A stretch of DNA of 60,513 nt, filler included. It is 8 parts of 8 records of this genome, joined end to end, with 100 filler letters (N's around TTAATTAATTAA, not from the genome) between each part and the next. Parts side by side here need not be neighbours in the genome. Positions count along the whole stretch, not along the records: positions 1 to 9,757 come from SRR31156797_56528; positions 9,858 to 19,095 come from SRR31156797_56536; positions 19,196 to 26,239 come from SRR31156797_56590; 5 more parts are not named here. One strand, 5' to 3'. Shown here piece after piece: positions 9,731 to 19,765 of this stretch (the stretch's first letter is position 1; each line of letters opens with the position of its first letter). Below the pieces are notes generated by a model. The model made no database searches. It was not told the origin of the DNA and saw nothing but the letters and a program-made list of their open reading frames with translations. The position numbers were made by a program, and so were the translations under genes.

Positions 9731-9754
9731 GGGCACGGCGCGCCGCGCCCCTAC
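9731..9754 (-). repeat. GTAG-type REP-like palindrome at the contig end
   Basis: Minus strand GTAG-GGGCGCGGCG-CGCCGTGCCC. Confidence 0.55.
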
Positions 9755-9757
9755 AGT

Positions 9758-9857
9758 NNNNNNNNNNNNNNNNNNNNNNNNNNNNNNNNNNNNNNNNNNN
9801 NTTAATTAATTAANNNNNNNNNNNNNNNNNNNNNNNNNNNNNNNNNNNNNNNNNNNN
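9758..9857. other. Artificial contig linker
   Basis: N44-TTAATTAATTAA-N44 (stops in all six frames). Confidence 0.98.
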
Positions 9858-9870
9858 TGTTTTTATTTAC

Positions 9871-9897
9871 CATGAAGGACATGAAGACCATGAAGAA
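9871..9897 (+). repeat. Tandem 9-bp repeat CATGAAGNN x3
   Basis: CATGAAGGA CATGAAGAC CATGAAGAA at the contig start. Confidence 0.6.
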
Positions 9898-10006
9898 AAC
9901 GACATGGTAAAAACAGGAAGGGTTCAACGTGCTGAACTGTTACCATCGTTTCGGGTCAGCTCAGCCTGCCGGGACTCTCGGAATGGCCGTTGCAATAGAA
10001 TCATTT

Positions 10007-10462
10007 TCAGGCATTTTTTGCATGCTGTGTTAATATTTTATCCAGGTGACCGGCAAAGGCGTTTCGGTTCTTCTGACTCAGGGGCGGCGGACCTCCCGTC
10101 TCTATTCCGCTCCCCCGAAGGCTATCCATAAAATTTCTCACGCTCAGGCGCTCCCGGATATTTTCTTCGGAATAGAGTTCGCCCCTGGGATTCAGGGCAT
10201 GTCCACCCTTTTCGATCACTTGGGCTGCCAGGGGAATGTCCGCCGTTATCACAAGATCTCCGGAATCAAGCCTTTTGGCAATCTCGTCGTCTGCCACATC
10301 GGAACCGGATGCCACCTGAAGTGTTGTAACGTACCGGGACGGCGGCATACGCAAGGGTTTATTGGCCACAAGGATCAATTGCACACCTGTACGCTCGGCC
10401 GCTTTAAACAAAATGTTTTTGATCACCACGGGGCATGCATCTGCGTCTACCCATATTTTCAT
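10007..10462 (-). CDS. yaiI: YaiI/YqxD family protein (UPF0178)
   Basis: [31 protein letters not shown]. Confidence 0.93.
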   Translation of the reverse strand: MKIWVDADACPVVIKNILFKAAERTGVQLILVANKPLRMPPSRYVTTLQVASGSDVADDEIAKRLDSGDLVITADIPLAAQVIEKGGHALNPRGELYSEENIRERLSVRNFMDSLRGSGIETGGPPPLSQKNRNAFAGHLDKILTQHAKNA

Positions 10463-10490
10463 TTAATGCCTCTTAGGTTCTTAAGCCGTT

Positions 10491-11429
10491 CTAGGGAATA
10501 ACGGTAAATTCTATCCGGTCAAGTATCTCCCCGTTGTCCGTAACCACCTCAACCCGCCAGTCTCCAATGTGCGCCGGAGCTCTCAGGGTTATATTGCTCC
10601 ATGTACGCATGGTTTTATAGCGGATCTCAAGGGGAACCGCGCAATACCTTTTCCCGTTGACATAGTAGACATGGGTCAGGGTAAAGGGTGGCTCATCCGA
10701 CACCACGTTCATCCAGACCGCGGCGCGTCCGTCTTTTTCAAGGGAGAAAACCTGCCGGGAAGCGCTGTATTCCCTTTGGATTATTTCACTACAGGATACA
10801 ATCTTGGAAACCCGGATACCGGAAGATATTCCTGTTTCCTCAGCCGGGATTGAAGGTGCCGCAGCCGCGGTTTCCGCCAGGACTTCAGGGATTGAAACAT
10901 CTTCGCCAACCATTACAACTTCCTGTTGCGGTACCGCCTCGTCTTCAGGCGATTCCGTTTCCATGGGAGGAAGAACCGTCTCGGGATGGGTTACATCCAG
11001 CGGCGCCATCCCCACGGAAGAAACAGTCTCCGCCGGCGGGGGGTCCGGTGCCGGCGCCATCTCCATGGTATCAACAACTTCAACGGGATCAGCGATTTTG
11101 GTCGCAACCGTGGATCGGACCTCTTCGACAGCAACTTCGGTGCCCGGCCCCGGATCGTTTGACGCGATGATGGGGGACGGTTTTCTGAAAAACATCAGAC
11201 CGGTCATGATCCCCCCCGCACAAAGGATCAACAGCCAGAAGCCCGGTCTCTGCCAGACCTTCTTTTCTTCAGGTATCTCCTCTTCATACTTCAGGAGCTC
11301 TTTTTCTCTCAGCATTTCTCTGATTTTTGTCAGGAGGAACAGATCCTTATCCTCGATCATTTCCCTGTTCATGGGTCTTGCCTTGTCCTTGTCTGTCATT
11401 GGGTTATGTCTCACGCTCTGCCGGGTCAA
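10491..11429 (-). CDS. Membrane-anchored DUF2914-domain protein (start uncertain)
   Basis: Single TM, Pro/Glu-rich linker, C-terminal RTWS...GDWRVEV. Confidence 0.8.
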   Translation of the reverse strand: MTRQSVRHNPMTDKDKARPMNREMIEDKDLFLLTKIREMLREKELLKYEEEIPEEKKVWQRPGFWLLILCAGGIMTGLMFFRKPSPIIASNDPGPGTEVAVEEVRSTVATKIADPVEVVDTMEMAPAPDPPPAETVSSVGMAPLDVTHPETVLPPMETESPEDEAVPQQEVVMVGEDVSIPEVLAETAAAAPSIPAEETGISSGIRVSKIVSCSEIIQREYSASRQVFSLEKDGRAAVWMNVVSDEPPFTLTHVYYVNGKRYCAVPLEIRYKTMRTWSNITLRAPAHIGDWRVEVVTDNGEILDRIEFTVIP

Positions 11430-11516
11430 GAGAAAAGAAACTGGCTGTTCATATCATCAATTGCCGAATTGATCAAAATATTATCGCCCTGCCCCCCCTC
11501 CAGCCATTGATAATTC

Positions 11517-14500
11517 TTGAGCCCATGGCCCGGACCTGATACAATCTTTCGTCCATTAACCAATCCTAAGGGGAATAAAAAAAGATTGGATATCCGGTTA
11601 AAAAAACACGTAAAATTCGTGAGTCTCGCTTGCCTGGCAGGGTTGATCATCCTTGTGTCGGCAACCGTTTCATTGAGGTTCTGGCTGGAAACCGGCCATG
11701 GCCGCCAAACCGTGCTGAACATGATCAACCAGCGCATCCCGGGCCGAATCCTGATGGATGGCATGGGCTTTTCCCTTCTCAAGGGAGAGATTCAACTCCA
11801 AGGCCTTGAAATTCAGGGGCCGGGGGATGAAACGGTTGTGGGGGCGGATAAGATCCTTATCGCCCTCGACCCTTCACGGCTGTGGCAATATGAACTCGCC
11901 TTTGGGGAGATCCGGATCATTGCCCCGGACATCCGCCTGATCAAAAAGAAAAACGGGGAATTGAACCTTGCCGCCTGCTTCACGGGTCCGGGCAAGGAAA
12001 CGGAACCCTCCGGGAAGCAACAAGACGCCCCGTTCCCCTTCAACATCATTGTCGACGCCCTGTCCGTGGAAGACGGCCGCCTGGTTCTTGAACTGGAACA
12101 GGAACAGCTTTCTCTATCAACGGAAGAGATCGCCATCACCGGATCGGGCAATCTTGCTGAGCAGGCCATTGGGCTCGATCTTGCCACCGGCGGCGCCACC
12201 CTTAATGTAAAGGATGAAGCGCCCTTTGAAACCAACCGGCTGAACCTCTCCCTCTCCTATGAAAAGGGGTCCCTGGACCGGCTGGCGCTGAAGCTCGATT
12301 CCCAGCCGGCCCGCCTTGCCCTGAACGGCTCGGTGTCCGGCCTGATCAAGGAGCCGAAAGCGGATCTTGTCCTGGAACTCCTGGCGGACCTTGGTAAAAC
12401 ACCGTCCCCCATTCCCGGCAAGCTCAAGGCCAAGGCGAGCCTCAAGGGCACCCTGGCCCGGCCACAGGCCACCCTGTCCGTCAATTATGCCGTGGGAGAA
12501 AACCCGTCAATCCCCCTGGAGCACGCCGATCTCCAATTGCGCCTTGGGGATAATATCCTGACCCTGGACCAATTAAAGGCCGCCCATGACGGCGGCGAAA
12601 TCACGGGCCAGGGAAATGTCGATCTCACCCGGGCCTTTCCCAAGGGGCTTTTCTCCCCGGAAAGGGATCTTGAACAACTCTCCTTTGCCCTTGATTTCCA
12701 GGCAGACACATTCCAGCCGGGGATACTCCTGGACCAATGCGGCCTGCCCGGCGTCCACGGCATCTGCTCGTTCACGGCCCGGCTCCACGGCAGCCCCAAG
12801 GACCCTGAAGCCAGCCTTCAACTGACCGCAACGGATATGGGGTATGGCGACTATCCCCGGGCCAATGCCGACCTGGACCTGGCCTTTGGGGGAGATCATC
12901 TCAAGATCAACGACCTGGCCCTCACCTCCCATTCTTCCAGCCTGAACATCTCGGGAGATGTCAAGGTGATGGAAAACGGACGCCCCCTGCCCCATACGAA
13001 AATAACCGCAAACCTTACCCTCTCTTCACCTCGCCTGATCCTGGAGGAGTTTCTCCCCAATGACCAAGGCCTGGGCGACCTGAGCGCAAAGTTTGCCTTT
13101 GACGGCAACCTCACGGGCTCCCTGGAGGCCCCCCGTGCAATGCTGACCATTTCCGGGCAAAACCTCCGGGCTGCCGGGCAGACGGCATCGGCCCTGGAGC
13201 TCAAGGCAAACCTGGACAAGTCCGCCATGACAGGCACCCTCGCCCTAAAAGGCCTTGAGATCATGGAAAAACCGTTCCGGGATTTCACCGCGGACCTGAA
13301 CTTCGACCAAGGCATCGCCCGGGTACGGGGCGACCTGGGGTTTGACCTGGACGCAAGCCTTGACACCACATCCATGGATTTCACCACGGATCTCACCTTT
13401 GGGGAGACGGATCTGCTGCCCTGGCTCACCCTTGCCGGAATCAAGGAGGTCCAGGGACTTGTCAACGGAAAAATTCAAGCCAAAGGAAATGTCCGGGACC
13501 TGGAGAAGATACAGGGCCGGGCCGACATCAACCGGCTTGTGCTGAGCTATAAAAACGAATACAACCTTACGTCCAAGGAGCTCCGGGCCAGGATAAACGG
13601 AAGGGAGATTGAACTCTTCCCCGCCGTCCTGACCCTTCCCGGAGACGGCAACCTGGCCCTTGAGGCCAAAGGCAGGATCGGTGACGAGATCCTCATCCAG
13701 GCCAAGGGAAAGGTGCCGGCCAGGGCCGCATCCCTGTTCACGGACGCCGTGCCAGGGCTCGAGGGCCACATCACCACCGACACCCGGGCCATCCTGGGAA
13801 AGGATATCAGAAAGAGCGCCGTCACCAGCCGCATAGAACTCCACGGCCTGGGCATGGTCATTCCCCAGACCGGCCAGAAGGTCCATGGCATGAACGGGCT
13901 GATCCTTGCCACCCCGGAGAAGGTTGAGATTCCTTCCATCACGGGGAAAGTGGACACCGGTGATTTTTCCCTGTCCGGGGACGTGAGCCTGGAGGATTTC
14001 ATGCCGGACGGATTCCAGGCCCGCTTCCAGGGAACCGCCCTCCCCGCCGTGGTGCCGGATAGCATGGAAGCCGTGGTTCACACCGATCTGACCCTTGCAG
14101 GTACACCCAAAGACGCATTGCTCAGTGGAAATATCACCCTGGCATCAGGGGAATGGACACGGAATTTCAACCTGGAAAAAACCGCACTGGAAAAACTGGC
14201 CGGATTGACGAGAAAAGAAGAAGGCCCCACGGCCATTAACAATGACGGCAATCCGGCGGACAATATCCGGCTGGATCTTGTGGTGAATGCCAACAATCCC
14301 TTTATGGTGGACAACAACCTGGCCGATCTCGAGGTCACCCCGGACCTTGTTATCAAGGGAAGGGCAAGCCATCCCACGGTATCCGGACGGGCCACCCTCA
14401 CTCCGGGCTCTCTCACCTACCATGGCAAGGAGTTCGAACTGACCCAGGGAGTGGTCGACTTTACCGATCCCTACGGCATCGCGCCGGAACTGGACATCAC

Positions 14501-14993
14501 GGCCGGCCACCACATCCGGGACTGGGACATCCAGCTCAGCGTCACCGGTCCCCCGGAGAACCTGATCCTCATCCTTTCCTCCCAACCCCGAGAGGAGCAC
14601 GAGGACATTCTCTCCCTTCTTTTAACCGGCAAGACCACCAATGAACTGATCCGGTCCGAAGGCGGTTCCACCACCTCTCCGGCCACCCTCCTTGCCGGCA
14701 TCGCCGCCTCCTCCGTCGCGGGAAAGCTCAAGGAGTCCGCGGGCCTGGATATCCTGGAAGTGGAGGTAACGGACAACAACGGGGCGTCCGGCGTGGGGGA
14801 CATCAACCTCACCGTGGGCAAGGAGCTCACCGAAAACATGACCGTCACCTACGGCATGGAAACCAAAGACGGTGACATGATCCAAAAGACCGCCACCACT
14901 TACAAACTCTCGGACAAGATGTCCGTATCCGGCTTCCAGAATACGGAAGGCCACTACGGCGCAGAGATCCGCTACCGCCTGGAGTTCAAATGA
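11517..14993 (+). CDS. tamB: Translocation and assembly module TamB / AsmA-like protein (start uncertain)
   Basis: N-terminal TM anchor, long beta-rich body, DUF490-like C-terminus (PELDITA, LSSQP, ILSLLLTG). Confidence 0.85.
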   Translation: MSPWPGPDTIFRPLTNPKGNKKRLDIRLKKHVKFVSLACLAGLIILVSATVSLRFWLETGHGRQTVLNMINQRIPGRILMDGMGFSLLKGEIQLQGLEIQGPGDETVVGADKILIALDPSRLWQYELAFGEIRIIAPDIRLIKKKNGELNLAACFTGPGKETEPSGKQQDAPFPFNIIVDALSVEDGRLVLELEQEQLSLSTEEIAITGSGNLAEQAIGLDLATGGATLNVKDEAPFETNRLNLSLSYEKGSLDRLALKLDSQPARLALNGSVSGLIKEPKADLVLELLADLGKTPSPIPGKLKAKASLKGTLARPQATLSVNYAVGENPSIPLEHADLQLRLGDNILTLDQLKAAHDGGEITGQGNVDLTRAFPKGLFSPERDLEQLSFALDFQADTFQPGILLDQCGLPGVHGICSFTARLHGSPKDPEASLQLTATDMGYGDYPRANADLDLAFGGDHLKINDLALTSHSSSLNISGDVKVMENGRPLPHTKITANLTLSSPRLILEEFLPNDQGLGDLSAKFAFDGNLTGSLEAPRAMLTISGQNLRAAGQTASALELKANLDKSAMTGTLALKGLEIMEKPFRDFTADLNFDQGIARVRGDLGFDLDASLDTTSMDFTTDLTFGETDLLPWLTLAGIKEVQGLVNGKIQAKGNVRDLEKIQGRADINRLVLSYKNEYNLTSKELRARINGREIELFPAVLTLPGDGNLALEAKGRIGDEILIQAKGKVPARAASLFTDAVPGLEGHITTDTRAILGKDIRKSAVTSRIELHGLGMVIPQTGQKVHGMNGLILATPEKVEIPSITGKVDTGDFSLSGDVSLEDFMPDGFQARFQGTALPAVVPDSMEAVVHTDLTLAGTPKDALLSGNITLASGEWTRNFNLEKTALEKLAGLTRKEEGPTAINNDGNPADNIRLDLVVNANNPFMVDNNLADLEVTPDLVIKGRASHPTVSGRATLTPGSLTYHGKEFELTQGVVDFTDPYGIAPELDITAGHHIRDWDIQLSVTGPPENLILILSSQPREEHEDILSLLLTGKTTNELIRSEGGSTTSPATLLAGIAASSVAGKLKESAGLDILEVEVTDNNGASGVGDINLTVGKELTENMTVTYGMETKDGDMIQKTATTYKLSDKMSVSGFQNTEGHYGAEIRYRLEFK

Positions 14994-17335
14994 AACAAAT
15001 CCGCCCTGTCCTGCTTTACGCCCTGATGGCCGCATCCTTCTTGCTTTATCCCGCCCCTGCCCCGGGTAAGGGCCTGCCCCCCTGCACACCCGTGGACAAG
15101 CTGGAGCTGTCCGGCAACCACACGTTTTCCGATATCCGCCTCAAGCTGAGAACCAAACTCTGGTCCGCCACCCTCATGCCCGGAAAAAAAGAGTGCCTCA
15201 ACCGGGACTGGCTGAAACGGGACAAACAGAACCTCACCGCCTTTTACCGCAAAAAAGGGTTTGCCGACGTCGCCATCACCCATGAAATCGTAAAGCAGGA
15301 AAAGGGGGATGCCCATACCCTGCGCCTCATCATCCACGAGGGCCTGGAATACCGGATCAACTTCCAGGGGGCTTCCTTCTACTATCACTGGCAGCTGGGA
15401 AAGGAGATCGACATCTTTGAAAAGGGCAACCTGGAAGACAGGGGGCTCAAAAAAGGGGCCAGGAACATCCGAAAACGCTATCGAACCGCAGGGTTCAAAA
15501 ATGCCAGGGTCACCTTCACAAAAAAGAAAATCACGGAAAAAGACAAGGAACTCTGGGACGTCACCTACCTCATCAAGGAAAATGAACGGCTGCGTGTCAC
15601 CCATATCGCCATCCACGGCAACACCCGGATTCCGGAAGACGATCTCCGGAAGGTAATGCTCATATCGGAAAAAGGCCTGATCAAACAGGGCGGGTTCAGC
15701 CGGAACACCCTGGACGAAGACATCAAGGCGATCAAACGCCTCTACCTCAGCCGGGGATTTACAAAAACAACCGTCAAGGAAGAAGTGACCGTCCAACAGG
15801 CCGAACCCACGGATAAAGAACATCCCGAACAACAGGTCCACATAAAACTCACCATCCATGAAGGAGACCGGACCCTGGTAGGCACCTCTACGATCTCCGA
15901 CCTTGACGGCCTTCTGGATGAAAAAGAGGTGATACCCCAGCTGGCCCTCGGGCCGGGAGAGCCCTTCAGGCAGTACATGGTAAGAAGCGATGAAAATGTG
16001 ATCGCCTCCCTTGTGTCAGCAAAGGGATATCCCCATGTGCAGGTCAAGGGCACGGTCTCCCCCACGGAAAGCGGCCGGGCCGTGGACCTGGACTTCCAGA
16101 TTGACAAAGGCCCCTTCACCCGGGTGGGAAAAATCGTCTATACCGGCAATACCCGGCTCAAGACAGGAATCATGTCGGACCTTCTCGAAATCAAGCCCCA
16201 TGACCCATTTTCCCTGAAGGGAATCCTTACCGCCGAAAAAAGGCTGCGGAAAATCAGGGCCGTCAAATCGGTCCGCATCCAGGCCCACGGCCTCCGGGAG
16301 AAAACAGGCACGGCGGATCTCGAGGTGATCGTTGAAGAGAAAAAGCCTTATTATGTCGAGACCGCCCTGGGCCATGACACGGAACGCCTCCTTTACCTCA
16401 ACGCCGAGGTGGGGGACAACAACTACCTGGGCCGGGACATCGACGCCTGGCTCCGGGGGGAAGTGAGCGGCATCGGTTATGAAGGCGAGGCCGGACTCAA
16501 AGACCCCTTTTTCATGAATACGGACATGACCGCCTCCACCACCCTCTTTGCCCAGGACAAGGAAGAGCGTAACCATGATTTCAGGGTCAAGGCATGGGGG
16601 ATCTCAGGCAGCCTGACAAAACCCCTTCTGACGAACTTCAACGCGGGCGTCTCCCTGACCTACGAGAACCGGGTCCGGTCCGGCGGCGAAGATGACACCG
16701 GCGACGACCCGGATTCGGACGATGCCTTCAAGACCCGGAACATCCTCAAGACCTCCCTCTCACTTGCCTACGATTCCAGGGATTCCGTGGTCAGGCCCAA
16801 ATCCGGCCTGCTTTCCTCCGTGACAACGGATATCTACACGGGATTCGGCAATGACCTGGACAATTTCATCAAATACGGCCTGGATATAAGAAAATACCAC
16901 TCACCGATCAAGCGGGTCACCCTGGCCGTTCGCACCCGGCTCGGCTGCATCCAGCCCTTTTCCTCGTCCAGCACGGTTGCCGAAGACCGCCTCTTCTTCC
17001 TGGGCGGCACCTCCGATGTCCGGGGCTTCAAGGAGAACATGCTCGCCTACGACCGGGACAAGGACCCTGTGGGCGGCAAAACCATGATTTCAGCAAGCCT
17101 GGAGTCCCGCATCGCCCTCACGGACAGCATCGAGTTCATCCTGTTCTGGGACGGCGGCAAGCTCGACCGCCTGGAAGGCGATGCCGTGGACGAGGGATTT
17201 CGCTCCTCCCTGGGAGGCGGTCTCAGCTATGTGACGGCCATCGGCCCCATCAGCCTCCTCTACGGTCACAAACTCGACCCCAAAGACGGGGAAAGTCCGG
17301 GGCAGGTCCATTTCTCCATCGGCTACACCTTTTAA
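14990..17335 (+). CDS. Omp85 family (BamA/TamA-like) outer membrane protein with POTRA repeats
   Basis: Repeated GN...Y...G(F/Y) POTRA units, FFLGGTSDVRGF, terminal HFSIGYTF; ATGA overlap with tamB. Confidence 0.9.
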   Translation: MKQIRPVLLYALMAASFLLYPAPAPGKGLPPCTPVDKLELSGNHTFSDIRLKLRTKLWSATLMPGKKECLNRDWLKRDKQNLTAFYRKKGFADVAITHEIVKQEKGDAHTLRLIIHEGLEYRINFQGASFYYHWQLGKEIDIFEKGNLEDRGLKKGARNIRKRYRTAGFKNARVTFTKKKITEKDKELWDVTYLIKENERLRVTHIAIHGNTRIPEDDLRKVMLISEKGLIKQGGFSRNTLDEDIKAIKRLYLSRGFTKTTVKEEVTVQQAEPTDKEHPEQQVHIKLTIHEGDRTLVGTSTISDLDGLLDEKEVIPQLALGPGEPFRQYMVRSDENVIASLVSAKGYPHVQVKGTVSPTESGRAVDLDFQIDKGPFTRVGKIVYTGNTRLKTGIMSDLLEIKPHDPFSLKGILTAEKRLRKIRAVKSVRIQAHGLREKTGTADLEVIVEEKKPYYVETALGHDTERLLYLNAEVGDNNYLGRDIDAWLRGEVSGIGYEGEAGLKDPFFMNTDMTASTTLFAQDKEERNHDFRVKAWGISGSLTKPLLTNFNAGVSLTYENRVRSGGEDDTGDDPDSDDAFKTRNILKTSLSLAYDSRDSVVRPKSGLLSSVTTDIYTGFGNDLDNFIKYGLDIRKYHSPIKRVTLAVRTRLGCIQPFSSSSTVAEDRLFFLGGTSDVRGFKENMLAYDRDKDPVGGKTMISASLESRIALTDSIEFILFWDGGKLDRLEGDAVDEGFRSSLGGGLSYVTAIGPISLLYGHKLDPKDGESPGQVHFSIGYTF

Positions 17336-17616
17336 CCCCTTCCGGCACCACTGTTTCCGAGCCTCCGCCCGGCGGCTCCCCATTAAACAATGTTCCCATT
17401 TTGACGTGGTTGTTAACGTTTCATTCAGACTTGAATGGCAATACGCCTTGTGCCATACTGAGACTCATCACGCCGAAAACAGTACTCTGACCGCACAAAC
17501 CGACGCTCTTTCGCTCCATCATCCCCAACGTGCTTTTTTCCTTTTTTTGCTAAATCGTCGTCCTTTTTTTGATGATTTAACGGGTATAATGAGTAACCAC
17601 AACCAAGGAGGAAACC

Positions 17617-18213
17617 ATGGAAAATGACAAATCAGAACATGTAGAAAACGCATATCCGGAGCAGCAGAATGACAGTATAGATATGGGATATTACCTGAAG
17701 GAGGGATTCAATATCGTTAAAAACAATCCGGTTCCGTTTATTCTGGGCAATCTGATTTTACTGGTAATCAACGGCATTGCCATGGGACTCCTGGTGGGCC
17801 CCTGGTATGCCGGGATATATCATATGGTCCGAAAGGCGCGGAACGGGGAAACCATTGAAATCGGAGACGCCTTCTGGGGATTCAACAACTTTATTCCCAT
17901 ATTTGTGGCCGGGCTGATCTTTTCCATTTGCGTAGGGCTCGGTGCGTGCCTTTGTCTCGTTCCCGGTTTGATCGGCGGCGGGATTCTTCTTTACCTGATA
18001 CCCCTTGTGGCGTTCAAGGGTGAAGAACTGAGTTCCGCCGTCACAAACAGCAAAAATGAGGCCATGAAATCATTGGCAAGCCATACCCTGTTTTTCCTGC
18101 TGGCATCGATTGTCTCCAGTGTCGGTTTTATCCTTTGCGGTGTCGGGGCCATTTTTACCTTTCCGGTGGGGATCGCCGCCCTGGCAGTTTGCTATGAAGA
18201 CCGGCTCGGATAG
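17617..18213 (+). CDS. Integral membrane protein of unknown function
   Basis: AGGAGG RBS; several TMs; GACLCLVPG and ILCGVG motifs. Confidence 0.75.
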   Translation: MENDKSEHVENAYPEQQNDSIDMGYYLKEGFNIVKNNPVPFILGNLILLVINGIAMGLLVGPWYAGIYHMVRKARNGETIEIGDAFWGFNNFIPIFVAGLIFSICVGLGACLCLVPGLIGGGILLYLIPLVAFKGEELSSAVTNSKNEAMKSLASHTLFFLLASIVSSVGFILCGVGAIFTFPVGIAALAVCYEDRLG

Positions 18214-18616
18214 AAAAAAACAGCAATTCCCGGTAATCTGGCTGGCACTTCTTTCAACGGTACTGGCCGCCTCCATTGTTCTACCGCCGGATCTATTTGT
18301 GGAAAGGTACAGGGACACCCCAACCGGGGGTGTCTGCCTGTTCAAACGAATCACATCGATTCCCTGCCCCCTCTGCGGGATGACCCGTGCCTTTGTGTAT
18401 GCCGGTCATTTGAGGCTTGCTGAATCATTCTTTCACAATCCTGCCGGTTTTTTGCTTTTCCTCTATCTGGTTATCTATATTGCGGCAGGCTGGTTTTATC
18501 TGGTTTTCCCCAAACAACGGTTGCGGGTATTTCTTGAATACCCAATGCTTATCCCCATGACCCTTCTGTTTTTAGGGTCATGGGGGATTCTTCTCTATCT
18601 CTATCGAGGTTCCTGA
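18194..18616 (+). CDS. DUF2752-domain membrane protein
   Basis: CLFKRITSIPCPLCGMTRAF...HNP signature; start reassigned to ATG 18194. Confidence 0.85.
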   Translation: MKTGSDRKKQQFPVIWLALLSTVLAASIVLPPDLFVERYRDTPTGGVCLFKRITSIPCPLCGMTRAFVYAGHLRLAESFFHNPAGFLLFLYLVIYIAAGWFYLVFPKQRLRVFLEYPMLIPMTLLFLGSWGILLYLYRGS

Positions 18617-18686
18617 TTCGGGTTCCCCGGGAGGGAATGAACCAGTGGCATGGCCTTTTCTTTTTCAAGGCGTTTTACCACTATAA

Positions 18687-18890
18687 TCAGCAACACAACG
18701 CTGAAATCATCCGTGACCGGCCGCAGGCGCAGACCCAGAGCCCAAGTTCCCGGTTCCGGCGCATCAACTTCCGGCAGGTGCAAACCTCTGAGATCCGTAT
18801 CTCCTCCCAGGCTTCATCCTGGGACATCCCCTTCTGCTGGAGCCGGCCCGCCATGGCCTCGGCCTCTTTCCAATCCGCTCGATAAATCAC
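18687..18890 (-). CDS. Small hypothetical protein with Cys pairs (Zn-ribbon-like)
   Basis: GGAGG RBS before GTG; CTC...WVCACG; start overlaps the stop of the upstream ORF (GTGA). Confidence 0.5.
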   Translation of the reverse strand: MIYRADWKEAEAMAGRLQQKGMSQDEAWEEIRISEVCTCRKLMRRNRELGLWVCACGRSRMISALCC

Positions 18891-19093
18891 CGCTCAACCT
18901 CCCTGATCTCTTTCATCTCCTCCAAGGTCCGGGGACCGTTGTTGAACCTGTCCGATTTTACAGCACCACCATTACCAAGTACCAACCCGCGCTGGAACAT
19001 GATCGAGGGCTTTATGGTCTGTTTGATCCTCTGGGAAGGACAGGGATCAAGCTTGTCGGTATTAAAGCAAACCTCTTTCCCTACAAGGATTCC
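18887..19093 (-). CDS. Hypothetical protein, 5'-truncated by the contig end
   Basis: Open frame GILVGKEVCF...EEMKEIREVER* coupled to the next ORF. Confidence 0.4.
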   Translation of the reverse strand, partial: GILVGKEVCFNTDKLDPCPSQRIKQTIKPSIMFQRGLVLGNGGAVKSDRFNNGPRTLEEMKEIREVER

Positions 19094-19095
19094 AA

Positions 19096-19195
19096 NNNNN
19101 NNNNNNNNNNNNNNNNNNNNNNNNNNNNNNNNNNNNNNNTTAATTAATTAANNNNNNNNNNNNNNNNNNNNNNNNNNNNNNNNNNNNNNNNNNNN
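19096..19195. other. Artificial contig linker
   Basis: N44-TTAATTAATTAA-N44. Confidence 0.98.
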
Positions 19196-19693
19196 TTTCT
19201 CCTCTTCCTTGCTTCGACCTTTCACCACGGCCTCAACCTCCCCGGAAAGGGTGATGACCTATTCCGGCTGTTTGATTATCTGGCCATATTCTTCCTGATC
19301 GCCGGAACCTATACACCGGTCTGTCTTATCCTGGTCCGGGATGCATGGTCCTGGTCCATCTTCGGTGTCGTATGGGCCCTGGCGGCCGTCGGAATCACTC
19401 TGAAATCCGTCTTTCCCAACCTGCCGAAATGGATGACCAACACCCTCTATGTCTGTATGGGCTGGGTAGGGGTCGTTCAGGTTATCCGGACCATCCCCCT
19501 TATGGGAACTCTGGGATTTTTCCTCATCCTCATCGGAGGAATCATCTACACCATCGGTGCTGTTGTTTTCTATATTGAAAAACCCAATCCCGTCCCGGGG
19601 AGGTTCGGATTCCATGAAATCTGGCATCTATTTGTCCTTGCGGCGGCGATCCTTCATTTTATATTCATGTATGTTGTGCTGCTGCCTTTTTAG
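19196..19693 (+). CDS. Haemolysin III / PAQR family membrane protein, 5'-truncated
   Basis: ASTFHH, DYLAIFFLIAGTYTP, GFHEIWHLFV; frame open from the contig start. Confidence 0.92.
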   Translation, partial: FLLFLASTFHHGLNLPGKGDDLFRLFDYLAIFFLIAGTYTPVCLILVRDAWSWSIFGVVWALAAVGITLKSVFPNLPKWMTNTLYVCMGWVGVVQVIRTIPLMGTLGFFLILIGGIIYTIGAVVFYIEKPNPVPGRFGFHEIWHLFVLAAAILHFIFMYVVLLPF

Positions 19694-19765
19694 ACCCGCT
19701 TTAGTTTGATTTTCACCTCCGGCACTCTTATAATTGAGTCATAGCTAGTCAGGAGGATTGAGGTC

